Notes: generated by a model from the sequence alone, not told the origin. Shown: positions 43,856-53,624, counted from the first letter of the stretch. The stretch is DNA of 64,000 nt from a virus (IMGVR_UViG_3300037067_009382:1-64000); one strand, 5' to 3'. A program made the numbers and translations.

Positions 43856-44439
43856 TTAATGCGCCTTGCGTTGTGCCGCTTCTAATTCTCGCATCATCTT
43901 ATCTGTCGCGATCGTCCAATAGTCTATAAATTCTTCCTCGCCCATCTCGCTAATTTCCCTGTAGGGGACTCCGTACACTAGCAAATCCAACTCCATCTGA
44001 CGACGGAGAGTCAATGCTAGGCTTGGGGTGAGTCTTGTTGCTCCCCGGAGCTCCCCAATTCTTTTTTTGCTTTGTCGATCAGCCTCTCAGTATCAAACGG
44101 TTGAGGGCAGATCTTCTCGAGTTCCTTACCGAAGTCGCTCGAGAGCTTAGTCATGAAAATGTCTTCCAGGGCAAAGCCTGGAGGTGGTACAAGGATCTCA
44201 CGAAGTACCTCTTTGTAGTACTTGTCCCAGTTGAACAATGTTGAACCGTCCTGAGCATACTGAGTGGATGCCGCTAGGATTCTGTTCTTCTTCGTCCACC
44301 CTAAGGACTTCACTTTGAATGGGCCCCATTTCTTGCCTCTGAAGGGGATCCATACCTCGCTCGGAGGAATTGAATCCACGAGCAGCTGGCTGAAGTCTTG
44401 ACCGACTTCCATTGCGTCTACCTGTGCTTTGTCTACCAT
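43856..44439 (-). CDS. Tail assembly chaperone GT, made by -1 ribosomal frameshift
   Basis: Slippery GCAAAAAAAG (plus 44061-44070); the -1 frame is open to the TAA at 43856, giving ...AKKRIGELRGATRLTPSLALTLRQMELDLLVYG...RKAH. Confidence 0.8.
44017..44439 (-). CDS. Tail assembly chaperone G
   Basis: Between the tail tube and the tape measure; 140 aa. Confidence 0.8.
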   Translation of the reverse strand: MVDKAQVDAMEVGQDFSQLLVDSIPPSEVWIPFRGKKWGPFKVKSLGWTKKNRILAASTQYAQDGSTLFNWDKYYKEVLREILVPPPGFALEDIFMTKLSSDFGKELEKICPQPFDTERLIDKAKKELGSSGEQQDSPQA

Positions 44440-44463
44440 CTGTTTTCTCCTCTCCTATATTTA

Positions 44464-45510
44464 TTATGCGTAGTTCGATGCACTCAGGGCATCGTAAACA
44501 GCCATGTCCATACTCGAGAACTCCGCCGTAAGCTCGACAGGAATTAACGGAGTTTCTACTTGCTGAATAGGGTTGCTTCTGATGTAGGCTCCCGGAGTTG
44601 CAAACGCTGCAATTCCACCTGGGGGGATGGTAAAGCCAATCGTGTCTGTGGCGGAGTTCGCTCTCATAAATTCGAGAGAGACTACGCATCCGTAATACGC
44701 TGGCGTTAGCGGTCCTGCCTTCATGCACTCCTCAAAGAGAACTACATCATCGATATCGTATGTCATCGACAATCGATAGTTCCTCGGCCCCTCATCGATC
44801 GAGTAAATGTTCGGATCCGTCCCACCAGTATCCCTTGTGATATAGAATGGGGCCTCATTCCCGTTCTGTATCTCTAGACGGAAGGACTTCACGCGAGCCA
44901 ATTGAACACCCGCTATAGTTATTCTACCCTCAAAGAACATGTAAGGCTGAGTTTGTAGAATGCTTACGCTGTGTTCGACCAGTGACGCATCATAACCCCG
45001 GTATCCGGCCTTGTTATGCACCATCTTCTGCGCCTGGATGTCGTCAAGGCTCATCGTTAGCGGTCCCTGTTCGGTCGCTTCGAATGTCGCCCTGTTGACC
45101 TTACAACCCAGATACCGACGTATCAACTTGCATGTGAGCGCAGAGTCGTAATTCATACAGTCGATAGTGAAACTGGGTATCTGACTCGATTCCGTAATCT
45201 GGTGGACGTAATTCGGAGAAGCCCCAGTGGTGGTGACAGACCCTAAGATGAACTTAAGGAACTGTCCATTCTGCAACCAGATGTTCGAGATACTGCCCTT
45301 ATATTCAGCTCTGGGTTTAGGCATGATCTTCCAGTTGCGCCCTTCACCAATTACCCTCTGAGGATCGAACATGTTCTCCAGATCGGGTAGAGAAGCGCCA
45401 TGCATTATACCAAAGCGCCTCCATGTGCCTCCTGCGAACACCCCGTAGGAGGATTCTGTTTGGAAAAATACTTTTTCTAGTTCGCCCTTGAAAGGCGTAG
45501 TTGGAACCAT
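44464..45510 (-). CDS. Major tail tube protein
   Basis: ESSYG, PSFTI, YLGCKVN, FFEG, F.LEI.NG pattern; position in the tail operon. Confidence 0.8.
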   Translation of the reverse strand: MVPTTPFKGELEKVFFQTESSYGVFAGGTWRRFGIMHGASLPDLENMFDPQRVIGEGRNWKIMPKPRAEYKGSISNIWLQNGQFLKFILGSVTTTGASPNYVHQITESSQIPSFTIDCMNYDSALTCKLIRRYLGCKVNRATFEATEQGPLTMSLDDIQAQKMVHNKAGYRGYDASLVEHSVSILQTQPYMFFEGRITIAGVQLARVKSFRLEIQNGNEAPFYITRDTGGTDPNIYSIDEGPRNYRLSMTYDIDDVVLFEECMKAGPLTPAYYGCVVSLEFMRANSATDTIGFTIPPGGIAAFATPGAYIRSNPIQQVETPLIPVELTAEFSSMDMAVYDALSASNYA

Positions 45511-45523
45511 AGTTCCACCTCCT

Positions 45524-46006
45524 TTAGAAATCCGCTAGATCGATTCCATCTATTACAACCCCGTAGTTCTCTAACGAAAAGCGCATTTCGAATTTCCAGT
45601 TCTTCCTGCGCGACTCGGGTGACTCTTGGAACGACTTAAACCGTATCCACTGAAAACCAGTAGCTGGTGCGTTATGTTGATTCGCGTACAGAATACGTTT
45701 CATCTCGTTAATCACGTCCAGCCCCCTCTGTCTTCCCGTTACGGTGAAAAGCTCTATCTTCAAATTGTCGAACCTATTTTGATACTCGTGCGGGACACCT
45801 TCATACTCTTCGGTATGCGCTGGAGACTCATACTGAATGGTGGCTCTGTCTCGTTTCGACAGATCCATCCTTGGGCTTGGAGTCTCGTTCCAAATATACA
45901 CATAGGGCTTCGGTACTCTACCTCCGTACGTCTGCCACTGACTCTCAAACAAAGCTATTATCAGGCTGAGCGGCTCAACGGCCGCCGAGTATGTTAACTC
46001 GACCAT
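45524..46006 (-). CDS. Tail terminator / completion protein
   Basis: Size and position upstream of the tail tube. Confidence 0.55.
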   Translation of the reverse strand: MVELTYSAAVEPLSLIIALFESQWQTYGGRVPKPYVYIWNETPSPRMDLSKRDRATIQYESPAHTEEYEGVPHEYQNRFDNLKIELFTVTGRQRGLDVINEMKRILYANQHNAPATGFQWIRFKSFQESPESRRKNWKFEMRFSLENYGVVIDGIDLADF

Positions 46007-46024
46007 ACGAGCCTCCTTAAGTTA

Positions 46025-46654
46025 CTATCGAGAGATAAGTCTGCGATAGCGTCTCACGAAAGTATCTACGTCCTGCTTCCATATCTGCGCCTTGGTGGCG
46101 AGGTCAATCATACTTGTGCCAGACGGGAATATATTGGTATAGTCGGATGCGGCGATAAGGTCAAGAGCTGCCTTCTTCGTACACGCATCCTCAACCGTCT
46201 TAGGAACAAATGTATTCCCGTGGGTATATGCGACCTGAATGGAGTTTTTGAAGCGACCATAGATCCTTGGTAGACCATATCGGACATACCTCGTTGGATG
46301 CCAGAACCAAGAGACAAAGATTATCTGGCCGAACTGGTAGTCGACTATGAAATCTTTGTCTCTTCCCTCAGTTAATGTTTGCCATGACGAACCGGTATAA
46401 AGTTGTACACTCTGCACGGATTTGATTGGGACGTTCAGTAACTTGATGCCACCAATCTTGTAATCATGATACTCAGCAGTTATAGGAATGCCTGCAGTTT
46501 TCCACGTTTGGTGAGTTTCCTCATCCAAGTAGTCTTCTGCCCTGAGTATCAGATCCTCAATTCCTTCACGCGATGGGGTACCTGGTGAACCCACTTGTTC
46601 TATCTGCAAGAGGTTTACCACTTTATCTACGGTTGAGTAGTTCAGTGTTACCAT
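46025..46654 (-). CDS. Head-tail adaptor (gp6/gp15-like)
   Basis: I..AEDYLD..T; LLNVPI.SV; I.V.Y.HG...VP..VEDAC. Confidence 0.7.
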   Translation of the reverse strand: MVTLNYSTVDKVVNLLQIEQVGSPGTPSREGIEDLILRAEDYLDEETHQTWKTAGIPITAEYHDYKIGGIKLLNVPIKSVQSVQLYTGSSWQTLTEGRDKDFIVDYQFGQIIFVSWFWHPTRYVRYGLPRIYGRFKNSIQVAYTHGNTFVPKTVEDACTKKAALDLIAASDYTNIFPSGTSMIDLATKAQIWKQDVDTFVRRYRRLISR

Positions 46655-46712
46655 ATTCTACCCCCATCTAGCCTCATTGTTTCCCAGCGGAAAACTCTTC
46701 GGCTGCATTATT

Positions 46713-47270
46713 CTATGCACCAAGATATGTGAGTTCCCAAAGAACCTGAAGTGTGTCGCTCAGGCCAACGTTTACGGTTGGTGTTACTTGGGCGTACGCA
46801 AGCATATCCGCTGCAGCTTCGACTGCGTTATTGATTAAGCCTGCTTCGTTAATGCCTGTAGCGTTTAGCGTACCGGCAGCGAATGTGGCCCTGTACTGAG
46901 TAACGTTGTCGTTCGCAGCACCGAAGGCACCTTTTACTTTCGGGTAGGTTGCATCCATTGCATCAGGAGAACCCGTTGGAGTAACAAGTGCTGTCTGTGC
47001 TTTTGCACCACCGGCATAGCCAGTACCAACTTCGATATAGCCGTTCGCGTTATTGACCTTCGTCCGTGCAGGGACGTCGGACATCTGATCGGCAATCAGT
47101 GCATCACCCTCATCCGTTACGATGTTGTGATTGATGGAGCGTGCCTTCACTCTTCCATCAGGCCCACGGACGGTAGCAATCACTCGACCAGTGATTCCCA
47201 CTTTCTCATGTATACCTGGAATGAGGTAGCTCAGGTCGGACAAAGCATTTCGGAACTTCATTGGTGACAC
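46713..47270 (-). CDS. Tail-collar-fibre-like structural protein
   Basis: HNIVTDEG, IEVGTG, QTAL, INEAGL. Confidence 0.6.
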   Translation of the reverse strand: MSPMKFRNALSDLSYLIPGIHEKVGITGRVIATVRGPDGRVKARSINHNIVTDEGDALIADQMSDVPARTKVNNANGYIEVGTGYAGGAKAQTALVTPTGSPDAMDATYPKVKGAFGAANDNVTQYRATFAAGTLNATGINEAGLINNAVEAAADMLAYAQVTPTVNVGLSDTLQVLWELTYLGA

Positions 47271-47273
47271 CTC

Positions 47274-47621
47274 CTACGCTGTCTTTTTCATTCCTGCTCC
47301 GTGCAGAATCAGGAATCCTTCAATTTTATTATAGTTCGTGGTGAGCAATACTTCCACGCGGTAATGTGACCCAGGTGTTGCACTCTTCAGTACTGCGATG
47401 CAACCTGTTGACGTAACGACAGTTGTTCCTGCCTTCAGGATCGTTGACGTAACGTCAGTTTCGCCTGTTAACTCGTAAACCTTTATAGACGCTGCCGATG
47501 GAATCTCGCCAGTATCAAGTACTCCCTGAGCGTTGAATTCGCATCTCTTCTCCTCGTCCTCAGATATAAACAGAGGTGAATTCTCGAACTCCATTGACTC
47601 GGGTGTTAAGGGTCTCGTCAC
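47274..47621 (-). CDS. Fibre adaptor-like structural protein
   Basis: Small beta-rich ORF between fibre-like genes. Confidence 0.45.
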   Translation of the reverse strand: MTRPLTPESMEFENSPLFISEDEEKRCEFNAQGVLDTGEIPSAASIKVYELTGETDVTSTILKAGTTVVTSTGCIAVLKSATPGSHYRVEVLLTTNYNKIEGFLILHGAGMKKTA

Positions 47622-48427
47622 TTTCCATCACCTCCCATTCGTTTCCAGAACTTGTATGGCGTCTCGCGATACTTGAAATAGAACTTCTTCGCGATACCTT
47701 TGTATTCGTATATGAACGCATCCACAATCCCTACGGTATTCGTAATGACCCTTATGCCATCGTATACCTTAGTGATCAGGTCAGTCACTCCCACGGCGTC
47801 TGAGATTAGTCTGACACCAGTATAGGTCTTGGTGAGCAAGTCTGTTACACCCACTGGATCCTGAATCGTCTTGACAATCTCTCGGGCCAGAGCGATAGCG
47901 TCCGTTATTCCGACAGTGTTAGAGATCGTCTTTACGCCGTCGTACACTTTAGAGACAGTATCGGTAACCCCGACGGTATTCGTAAAGGTTTTATAGAACG
48001 TTCCCACTTTCGTGATTACGTCTGTCACTCCCACTGTATCGGCGATTGTCTTTATCCACGTTCCTGAATAGGAGACCACACTCGTCACCCCGACGGTATT
48101 TAGAATCGAGCGGTAGCCTGCGTATACCTTTGCGATAGTTGTAGTGATCCCGACCGTATTTGCGATTGTACGAACGTAAGCAAAGGGCGGATTCAAGTAA
48201 GCGTTGTCCAACGTAAGGTATTGCATTCTCGGTTTCAATATAGTTGGCTGTGCGATTGGGAAGCCCCATCCACCAATATTCGGAATGCGGAAGTAAGGCA
48301 ATAACCAGCTCATATCCTCGTTCGTGAATTGCTGTACACGAGCGTAAGTAATAATTGGTTGCTGGTCTCCTAACTCACTGCAGTCGGGAAACCATTCTCC
48401 TAAGGCATCAACCGCAATTGGACACAT
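47618..48427 (-). CDS. Fibre-like protein with eight 20-aa repeats
   Basis: [T/P/A]VG[IV]T recurs with an exact 20-residue period. Confidence 0.7.
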   Translation of the reverse strand: MCPIAVDALGEWFPDCSELGDQQPIITYARVQQFTNEDMSWLLPYFRIPNIGGWGFPIAQPTILKPRMQYLTLDNAYLNPPFAYVRTIANTVGITTTIAKVYAGYRSILNTVGVTSVVSYSGTWIKTIADTVGVTDVITKVGTFYKTFTNTVGVTDTVSKVYDGVKTISNTVGITDAIALAREIVKTIQDPVGVTDLLTKTYTGVRLISDAVGVTDLITKVYDGIRVITNTVGIVDAFIYEYKGIAKKFYFKYRETPYKFWKRMGGDGK

Positions 48428-48669
48428 TGACTACGCCTCTCTATTTCTTCGATCTGCTTCTCTGTCGGTACACATTTGTCACACTCTGGCTTTCCGCAAG
48501 TTGGCTTGTTGCACTTCAAACACCATCCTCTTTTTGTACCACTGCCCGGACGAACTATAAAGTGCCCTCCACAATGGCAACACTGAAGGGTATCTGCCTC
48601 GAACTTCTTCCCATCGGGAGAGAATGCCTCGACATACCCGTTCGGTTTTCTTGCGGTGTGTTGATACAT
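48400..48669 (-). CDS. Small zinc-ribbon protein
   Basis: CCHC..CLKC..C....CDKC. Confidence 0.65.
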   Translation of the reverse strand: MYQHTARKPNGYVEAFSPDGKKFEADTLQCCHCGGHFIVRPGSGTKRGWCLKCNKPTCGKPECDKCVPTEKQIEEIERRSQCVQLRLMP

Positions 48670-49122
48670 TTATTCCTCCCAGTGTGCTGTGACTTCAACA
48701 TCGGGTGTGGCAGCTGCTGCAACGTCAACTGTGAAGATGCCTACACCTTCAGCAACCACGGCAGGAATAATAATCTCGCCACCGGGATAGGCTACCCACC
48801 GGAACGTGGCTCTCTGGTTCATTCCGAACTCGAGTAGAATCGCACTTGCGGTATAGGTTGGCTCAACGGTATGATTTACGTTGCAGACCAACTGAGCACC
48901 TGGTGCTGACGGATCGAGCGGAAGAGCAGTAAATCCCGTTCCTGTACCGATAGCAGTAATGCGCTGTACTGTCGTCTTCACAGTGATGTCAGCGGGTGCT
49001 GAAATCTGACTCTGAATCAGTTCGTACAGTTTTCCTCTGCGCGCCACTATGCCCGTTAGAGTCATAGTAGTATCGGCTGGATTGGCAACTGTCTGAGTCC
49101 CTACGCCTGCGTATTTGTCCAT
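48670..49122 (-). CDS. Putative virion structural protein
   Basis: Thr/Ala-rich beta protein in the late operon. Confidence 0.6.
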   Translation of the reverse strand: MDKYAGVGTQTVANPADTTMTLTGIVARRGKLYELIQSQISAPADITVKTTVQRITAIGTGTGFTALPLDPSAPGAQLVCNVNHTVEPTYTASAILLEFGMNQRATFRWVAYPGGEIIIPAVVAEGVGIFTVDVAAAATPDVEVTAHWEE

Positions 49123-49134
49123 TTTACCCTCCTA

Positions 49135-49464
49135 TCAGGTATTGTCGCCCTTCTTGTAATATTTTAGTATCATACGGATGTGCTTTACGACTTCCCAAGC
49201 TCCGACTGAGACAAACATCATCGAAGCAAATGGAAGTACAACTCCTGTCCATCTCATCCAATAGTCTGGCTCGGGAATTCCAAGTATATTCAGGATCTGG
49301 AGTATACCTATGAATGGTGCGAGTCCTAACCCTATTGTTATGAGTACCCATCCACGCCACCAATTGGTTAGCTTGCACGCGTAAAAGCAGGTTGCAAACG
49401 CACCGAGGGTTGCGACCGTTTTTGTTATAAACATAGCCAACTCCCACCATGTCCATTCGGGCAT
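49135..49464 (-). CDS. Three-TM membrane protein (holin candidate)
   Basis: Three hydrophobic helices, basic C-terminus. Confidence 0.55.
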   Translation of the reverse strand: MPEWTWWELAMFITKTVATLGAFATCFYACKLTNWWRGWVLITIGLGLAPFIGILQILNILGIPEPDYWMRWTGVVLPFASMMFVSVGAWEVVKHIRMILKYYKKGDNT

Positions 49465-49473
49465 CTCCTACTC

Positions 49474-49926
49474 CTAGACAGTTACTCCCAGCTTGATTGT
49501 CAATAGTGAATAAAATTCCGAAAGGGTACATCCCGCTTCGTGTGCAATCTTCTGCATCTCGAGCATTCCCATCTTTTGCGAGACAAATATCAGAGCATCG
49601 CTAGGACTAATGTCTGGATGTTCTTTCTTCACCAGGGAAATAACCTCTTCCATTCCCTTAATGCACTCCTCACCCTCTGGGGTTAGTTTGTATCCCGAAC
49701 CCCTTCGTGCTAGGTGGGGTTGCTTTTCTAATGTCTGGTCTACGAACAGTGACCAGATAACGTCCATTTTCATTTCCAATCCTGCCACCTTCTCGGGTAC
49801 TCCCTTATTTGCCTTTATCACTGAATCGACAGTGCCCTTCCAATAGGCTAGTCCCCCAATGACACCCAGGATCGAAATAACTCCTAAGATGATTGCTATT
49901 AACGACTGGGCATTTTCCATAATCAC
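49474..49926 (-). CDS. Single-TM membrane protein
   Basis: N-terminal hydrophobic helix then a soluble helical domain. Confidence 0.6.
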   Translation of the reverse strand: MIMENAQSLIAIILGVISILGVIGGLAYWKGTVDSVIKANKGVPEKVAGLEMKMDVIWSLFVDQTLEKQPHLARRGSGYKLTPEGEECIKGMEEVISLVKKEHPDISPSDALIFVSQKMGMLEMQKIAHEAGCTLSEFYSLLTIKLGVTV

Positions 49927-49941
49927 TCCTCCGTCAAGTTA

Positions 49942-50496
49942 TTAAATAGTGTATCCGTGCACGCCAACTACAAAATCGAGAGTGGCGTTATCAGTCGCGT
50001 TCATTGTTTGGAGCCAAATCTTAACTGGCAAACCTCCTATCGTAATCGGAATCAATTTCGTGGGTGTCGTTAATATCTTTCTTACGTTATCGGCTGGTGC
50101 TCTGAAGAAAGGAAACTCGCTGTATTGTCCCGCAGTAATCGCATCGGCGAGAGTTCCTGTCCCATAAACGATCCTGCACAGGTACAGAGAGCTAGATGAG
50201 TTTGCAACGATCAGCACCTCATTGAAATCACCGCTAGCCATTCCAGGTATAGGAATATCATCAGTACCAAATAATTGAGCCTCATCCCCAGGATCGGCCC
50301 CGTAAACACCGTTACCGGATATAGCCCTGTACAGAAGAGTCAATCCTGAGGCAAGGGGTGTACACCAGTGAGTGGCGTCCTGTGGATTGAGTTTTCCGAA
50401 CCACCGAACGTTATGATGATCGTGCTCCTCGGCAATCTCAGCATCCCTTTGGGTCGCTATCATTAAAAGGTCTTGTCCGTTTACTCCTACAACCAT
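49942..50496 (-). CDS. Putative virion structural protein
   Basis: HDHHNVRWFGK; late operon. Confidence 0.6.
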   Translation of the reverse strand: MVVGVNGQDLLMIATQRDAEIAEEHDHHNVRWFGKLNPQDATHWCTPLASGLTLLYRAISGNGVYGADPGDEAQLFGTDDIPIPGMASGDFNEVLIVANSSSSLYLCRIVYGTGTLADAITAGQYSEFPFFRAPADNVRKILTTPTKLIPITIGGLPVKIWLQTMNATDNATLDFVVGVHGYTI

Positions 50497-50500
50497 TCCT

Positions 50501-50983
50501 TTACCCCCATCGAGTCCAAACTATTAACCCTAACTGGAGATCACGCAAGAGAAGGTTATCCTGCTTCGCTTTCGCGAGAAGCCATCGATTAAGGTAGGTA
50601 TCACTCTTGCTAACCTCGGCCACAATGTTGATATTGCCCATAATCTCGATCGCTCCCCTTTCGGAACTTCCCTCTATGGAGAGCCCATCATCGGCCATCT
50701 TAATCGAATCAATATAGGCACCATTACCTGTTTGAATGACTTGGCTGGTATTTGGGACAGTGGCACCATCAAGTCCGTTGGGAGCTGCATTAGTATTTAT
50801 CAGTCTCCCTATCCTTAAAATACGGAAAGCGTATAACACTACACTATTGGGAGGCAAGTCGACAACAATAGGTGCTCCCGCAATAGTTGTAGGAGTCGTA
50901 TCTAGCGTAACGAGTGGAACTGCATCGCTCCAGAACTCGAGTCGTGCTAGACTGTGACATTGTCCATTTATTCCAACACTCAT
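50501..50983 (-). CDS. Putative virion structural protein
   Basis: Late operon, RBS. Confidence 0.6.
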   Translation of the reverse strand: MSVGINGQCHSLARLEFWSDAVPLVTLDTTPTTIAGAPIVVDLPPNSVVLYAFRILRIGRLINTNAAPNGLDGATVPNTSQVIQTGNGAYIDSIKMADDGLSIEGSSERGAIEIMGNINIVAEVSKSDTYLNRWLLAKAKQDNLLLRDLQLGLIVWTRWG

Positions 50984-50992
50984 ACGTCACCC

Positions 50993-51475
50993 CTAGGCTA
51001 AGTAGCCTCCATCGACCTGAGCTTCGTATTCAAAGATAACCGTTAAATCGACCGGAGTTGCGCCCGTACCGGTAAGGGTCATTACTATTGTCTTAGTTGC
51101 GTCAAGTGACGCCGCACCTTCCCACCAGACCTGTTTATCTTCTGCATCAATATTGGCCTGTGCGCCCGTAGTTGAATCGATAAACGTTATTACCTTGCCA
51201 GCGCCACCTTTAAGAGTAATGTGAGTCAAATCGGCTGTGGTGGCACCATTAGAGCGAATGACAATCCTCTTCAGGAAACATCCCTGAGTGGTTACAGTGG
51301 CAACTACTACATCACCTGCATCGGCAGCTTCGGTAATTGCCTTCTCGAATATTTGAATACGACCCGTAACCTTCTTATTGACATTCGTCAGCAGGGTGTC
51401 TATCTTGGTATCGACTGCTAGGAGGGTTACTTGTGAAGCATCACCTGTCCCTACGGGAAGTGGTATTGTCCTCAT
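50993..51475 (-). CDS. Putative virion structural protein
   Basis: Thr/Ala-rich beta protein. Confidence 0.6.
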   Translation of the reverse strand: MRTIPLPVGTGDASQVTLLAVDTKIDTLLTNVNKKVTGRIQIFEKAITEAADAGDVVVATVTTQGCFLKRIVIRSNGATTADLTHITLKGGAGKVITFIDSTTGAQANIDAEDKQVWWEGAASLDATKTIVMTLTGTGATPVDLTVIFEYEAQVDGGYLA

Positions 51476-51485
51476 TTTCTACCTC

Positions 51486-51965
51486 CTACACTACCTTCAA
51501 ATCGTTAAACTGAATTTCGATGTCATCTACGTGCATTGTATCTCCACCATTGTTAACAATCCGCACGTGAAGTCTCTTTTTCGCAACCTTCGTTCCGAGC
51601 GCATTAACGAGTTCCTCATCCTCAAGGATAAAGCCCTCAGTAATGACATCGAAATCGGTTAGGTTAATGGCCGAGTTTTGATAGCGTAAGTACGGATCAT
51701 TAGCGGCGTCGTGGGGCCCATCTTTCTGGAAGAATTCCACCGTGTAGTTGGTAGCATCTAAGCCCGAACCCACAATGTTGACCGAGAGGATATTCGCCTT
51801 CTGTACGAAGCCATCTACCTCTACCTCTACTGAGCCTACAACACCACCCTTGGCCACTTCTCCGACGGTAGGAAGTCTACCAGTGTTAAAACGCTTAACG
51901 AGCGATTGTTGCGTTACTTCCGCAACGGTCTGATTTCGAGGTTGTGTTAGTGTTCCAGTAGCCAT
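51486..51965 (-). CDS. Putative virion structural protein
   Basis: Late operon, AGGAGG RBS. Confidence 0.6.
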   Translation of the reverse strand: MATGTLTQPRNQTVAEVTQQSLVKRFNTGRLPTVGEVAKGGVVGSVEVEVDGFVQKANILSVNIVGSGLDATNYTVEFFQKDGPHDAANDPYLRYQNSAINLTDFDVITEGFILEDEELVNALGTKVAKKRLHVRIVNNGGDTMHVDDIEIQFNDLKVV

Positions 51966-51976
51966 TACGCCACCTC

Positions 51977-52279
51977 CTAGGCTTTATCTACGGTTCGAAA
52001 TTCGAACTCTCCTTGCTGAAAGAGTGCGTCATGTTCTACCTGAGAGACTGGTTGCCATACGTTACGAGGGAAGACACGCTTCTCAGGCCCCAGCGTGCGT
52101 ACACCTTGTCCCTCAGCAAAGGGTCCGATGTATCTTGCCTCGAGAACCTTCTCTTTTACGATTGTGACTGCTACAGGCTCGATAATCTTCTCGGGCTTGA
52201 CAATCACCTCTGTTACGGGTATCTTGGTGGTTGGTTCCTTCTTTGCAACCGGTTTAGTAACCTTTTTACCCTTGGGCAT
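51977..52279 (-). CDS. Small protein with a Lys/Pro-rich N-terminus
   Basis: Start MPKGKK after a GGAGGGAG RBS. Confidence 0.6.
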   Translation of the reverse strand: MPKGKKVTKPVAKKEPTTKIPVTEVIVKPEKIIEPVAVTIVKEKVLEARYIGPFAEGQGVRTLGPEKRVFPRNVWQPVSQVEHDALFQQGEFEFRTVDKA

Positions 52280-52301
52280 TTCACTCCCTCCATATAAAAC
52301 T

Positions 52302-52340
52302 ATAGCCGTCATGCTGGAGAGGAACTAGCATGACGGCTAT
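52302..52340 (-). terminator. Perfect 14-bp hairpin, putative intrinsic terminator
   Basis: ATAGCCGTCATGCT / 11-nt loop / AGCATGACGGCTAT, followed by AGTTTT on the minus strand. Confidence 0.7.
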
Positions 52341-52425
52341 CATGGTTGTTCCTTTCCGTGGCCACCGAGCGCTTGGCATACAGGAAAGGTACGTGTTACT
52401 CGGTTATTCAATTACCGGGGTTCGT

Positions 52426-53406
52426 TTAGACAGGTACGGCTACGACAGGATCGGCCGCGTCGGTTACCCAGTTTCTCCACTGGTCGCCCGTAGACGGTTT
52501 GAAACCTTTCGCAACAGTGATATTCGCAGTGGCATCTCCGAACCAGTTATCCAGAACCCTGTTCCCACCACTCACGTCTGAGGTGAATGCGAGGTTTACA
52601 GTGTTCGGATGGTTAACGGCATGGTACACGTCGGTAAAGACGTTATGCATTACCAACCCCTGATTCATGTCCATACAGACATCGTTCTTGTTGCTCCGGA
52701 AGAGGTTGCGACGAATCACATCTCTCAACGGTGCGGCAATACCAGGTGAACCTGGGGGTGCATAAATCGCATAGGTCAGCTCGTTAAACTCACTGTCCTC
52801 TACGATATAGTGATGGTTACCACCCCAGTCCTCAATCCCGTTTCCGCCAAAGGAACCGATTGCGACGTTTCCGATGAACTTACAGCTTCTCACAATGAAG
52901 TGGGAGCTATCGGGATAGGTAGCTGATTCTGCCCTGTGTGCCCTAATGGCTGAATAGCCTGTTTCAGGTACGAATAGAATGTTCTGGAATTCCCACCCCT
53001 GATTCCTGATAGTGAGCAGCGGTGCGTTTGCGGCGACGGCTTCTTCGCGCCATCTTACGCCATCGTCATGGCGAGTGTTACCACCCGTCACACCGATAAC
53101 TCTTACGCCGGTAATTCCCAGAGGAGCAGTTATCTGTTCTCGAATATCGCCCCAGACGCAAATGACATCGTTATCAGCGATTTTCTCGAAGACCCTCTCC
53201 ATGTGCTTGAAGGGAGTCGTAGGAGTTTTACCGCTGGCACTGTCACTGCCTCCGTTATTGACGAACCAGACATTTCCGATGCCTACAGGACCGAGACCAT
53301 CCCCGAGCATCGCATCGCGTAACGTTGCGCGAGTCGAAATCCATGACAAAAGGGTTCTCACTCCACCTGAAGCTTGAAACCCAACGCCGTAAGGATTGCC
53401 TTTCAT
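52426..53406 (-). CDS. Right-handed beta-helix (pectin-lyase-like) virion protein
   Basis: WFVNNGGSDSASGKTPTTPFK opening; repeated N/D-x-F strands. Confidence 0.7.
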   Translation of the reverse strand: MKGNPYGVGFQASGGVRTLLSWISTRATLRDAMLGDGLGPVGIGNVWFVNNGGSDSASGKTPTTPFKHMERVFEKIADNDVICVWGDIREQITAPLGITGVRVIGVTGGNTRHDDGVRWREEAVAANAPLLTIRNQGWEFQNILFVPETGYSAIRAHRAESATYPDSSHFIVRSCKFIGNVAIGSFGGNGIEDWGGNHHYIVEDSEFNELTYAIYAPPGSPGIAAPLRDVIRRNLFRSNKNDVCMDMNQGLVMHNVFTDVYHAVNHPNTVNLAFTSDVSGGNRVLDNWFGDATANITVAKGFKPSTGDQWRNWVTDAADPVVAVPV

Positions 53407-53594
53407 TTTCGTTCTCCGAGTACTCTCTCCAGAAGTTTTACCCCTTCGAGTTCTGACTTAGAAAGTTGTTCCTCTAAGGGTTTGTGAGAGCACTTACGGC
53501 ACAGTGCTATATATCGTTTCGTCCGCACGTGCCCTGTGCTTCCACATCGGCTACACTTCAGAAGAGTCGGTTCAGACCTACGCCTTCTTCCCAC
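53403..53594 (-). CDS. Small zinc-binding protein
   Basis: CSRC...CRKC. Confidence 0.55.
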   Translation of the reverse strand: MGRRRRSEPTLLKCSRCGSTGHVRTKRYIALCRKCSHKPLEEQLSKSELEGVKLLERVLGERK

Positions 53595-53624
53595 TCTCGT
53601 TTCCTTATTTATTTGTTAACCGGG

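Noticed and set aside
47690-48185. Possible CRISPR array (60-bp periodicity)
   Set aside because: The periodicity is protein-level and degenerate in DNA, with no identical repeats and unique spacers, and no cas genes.
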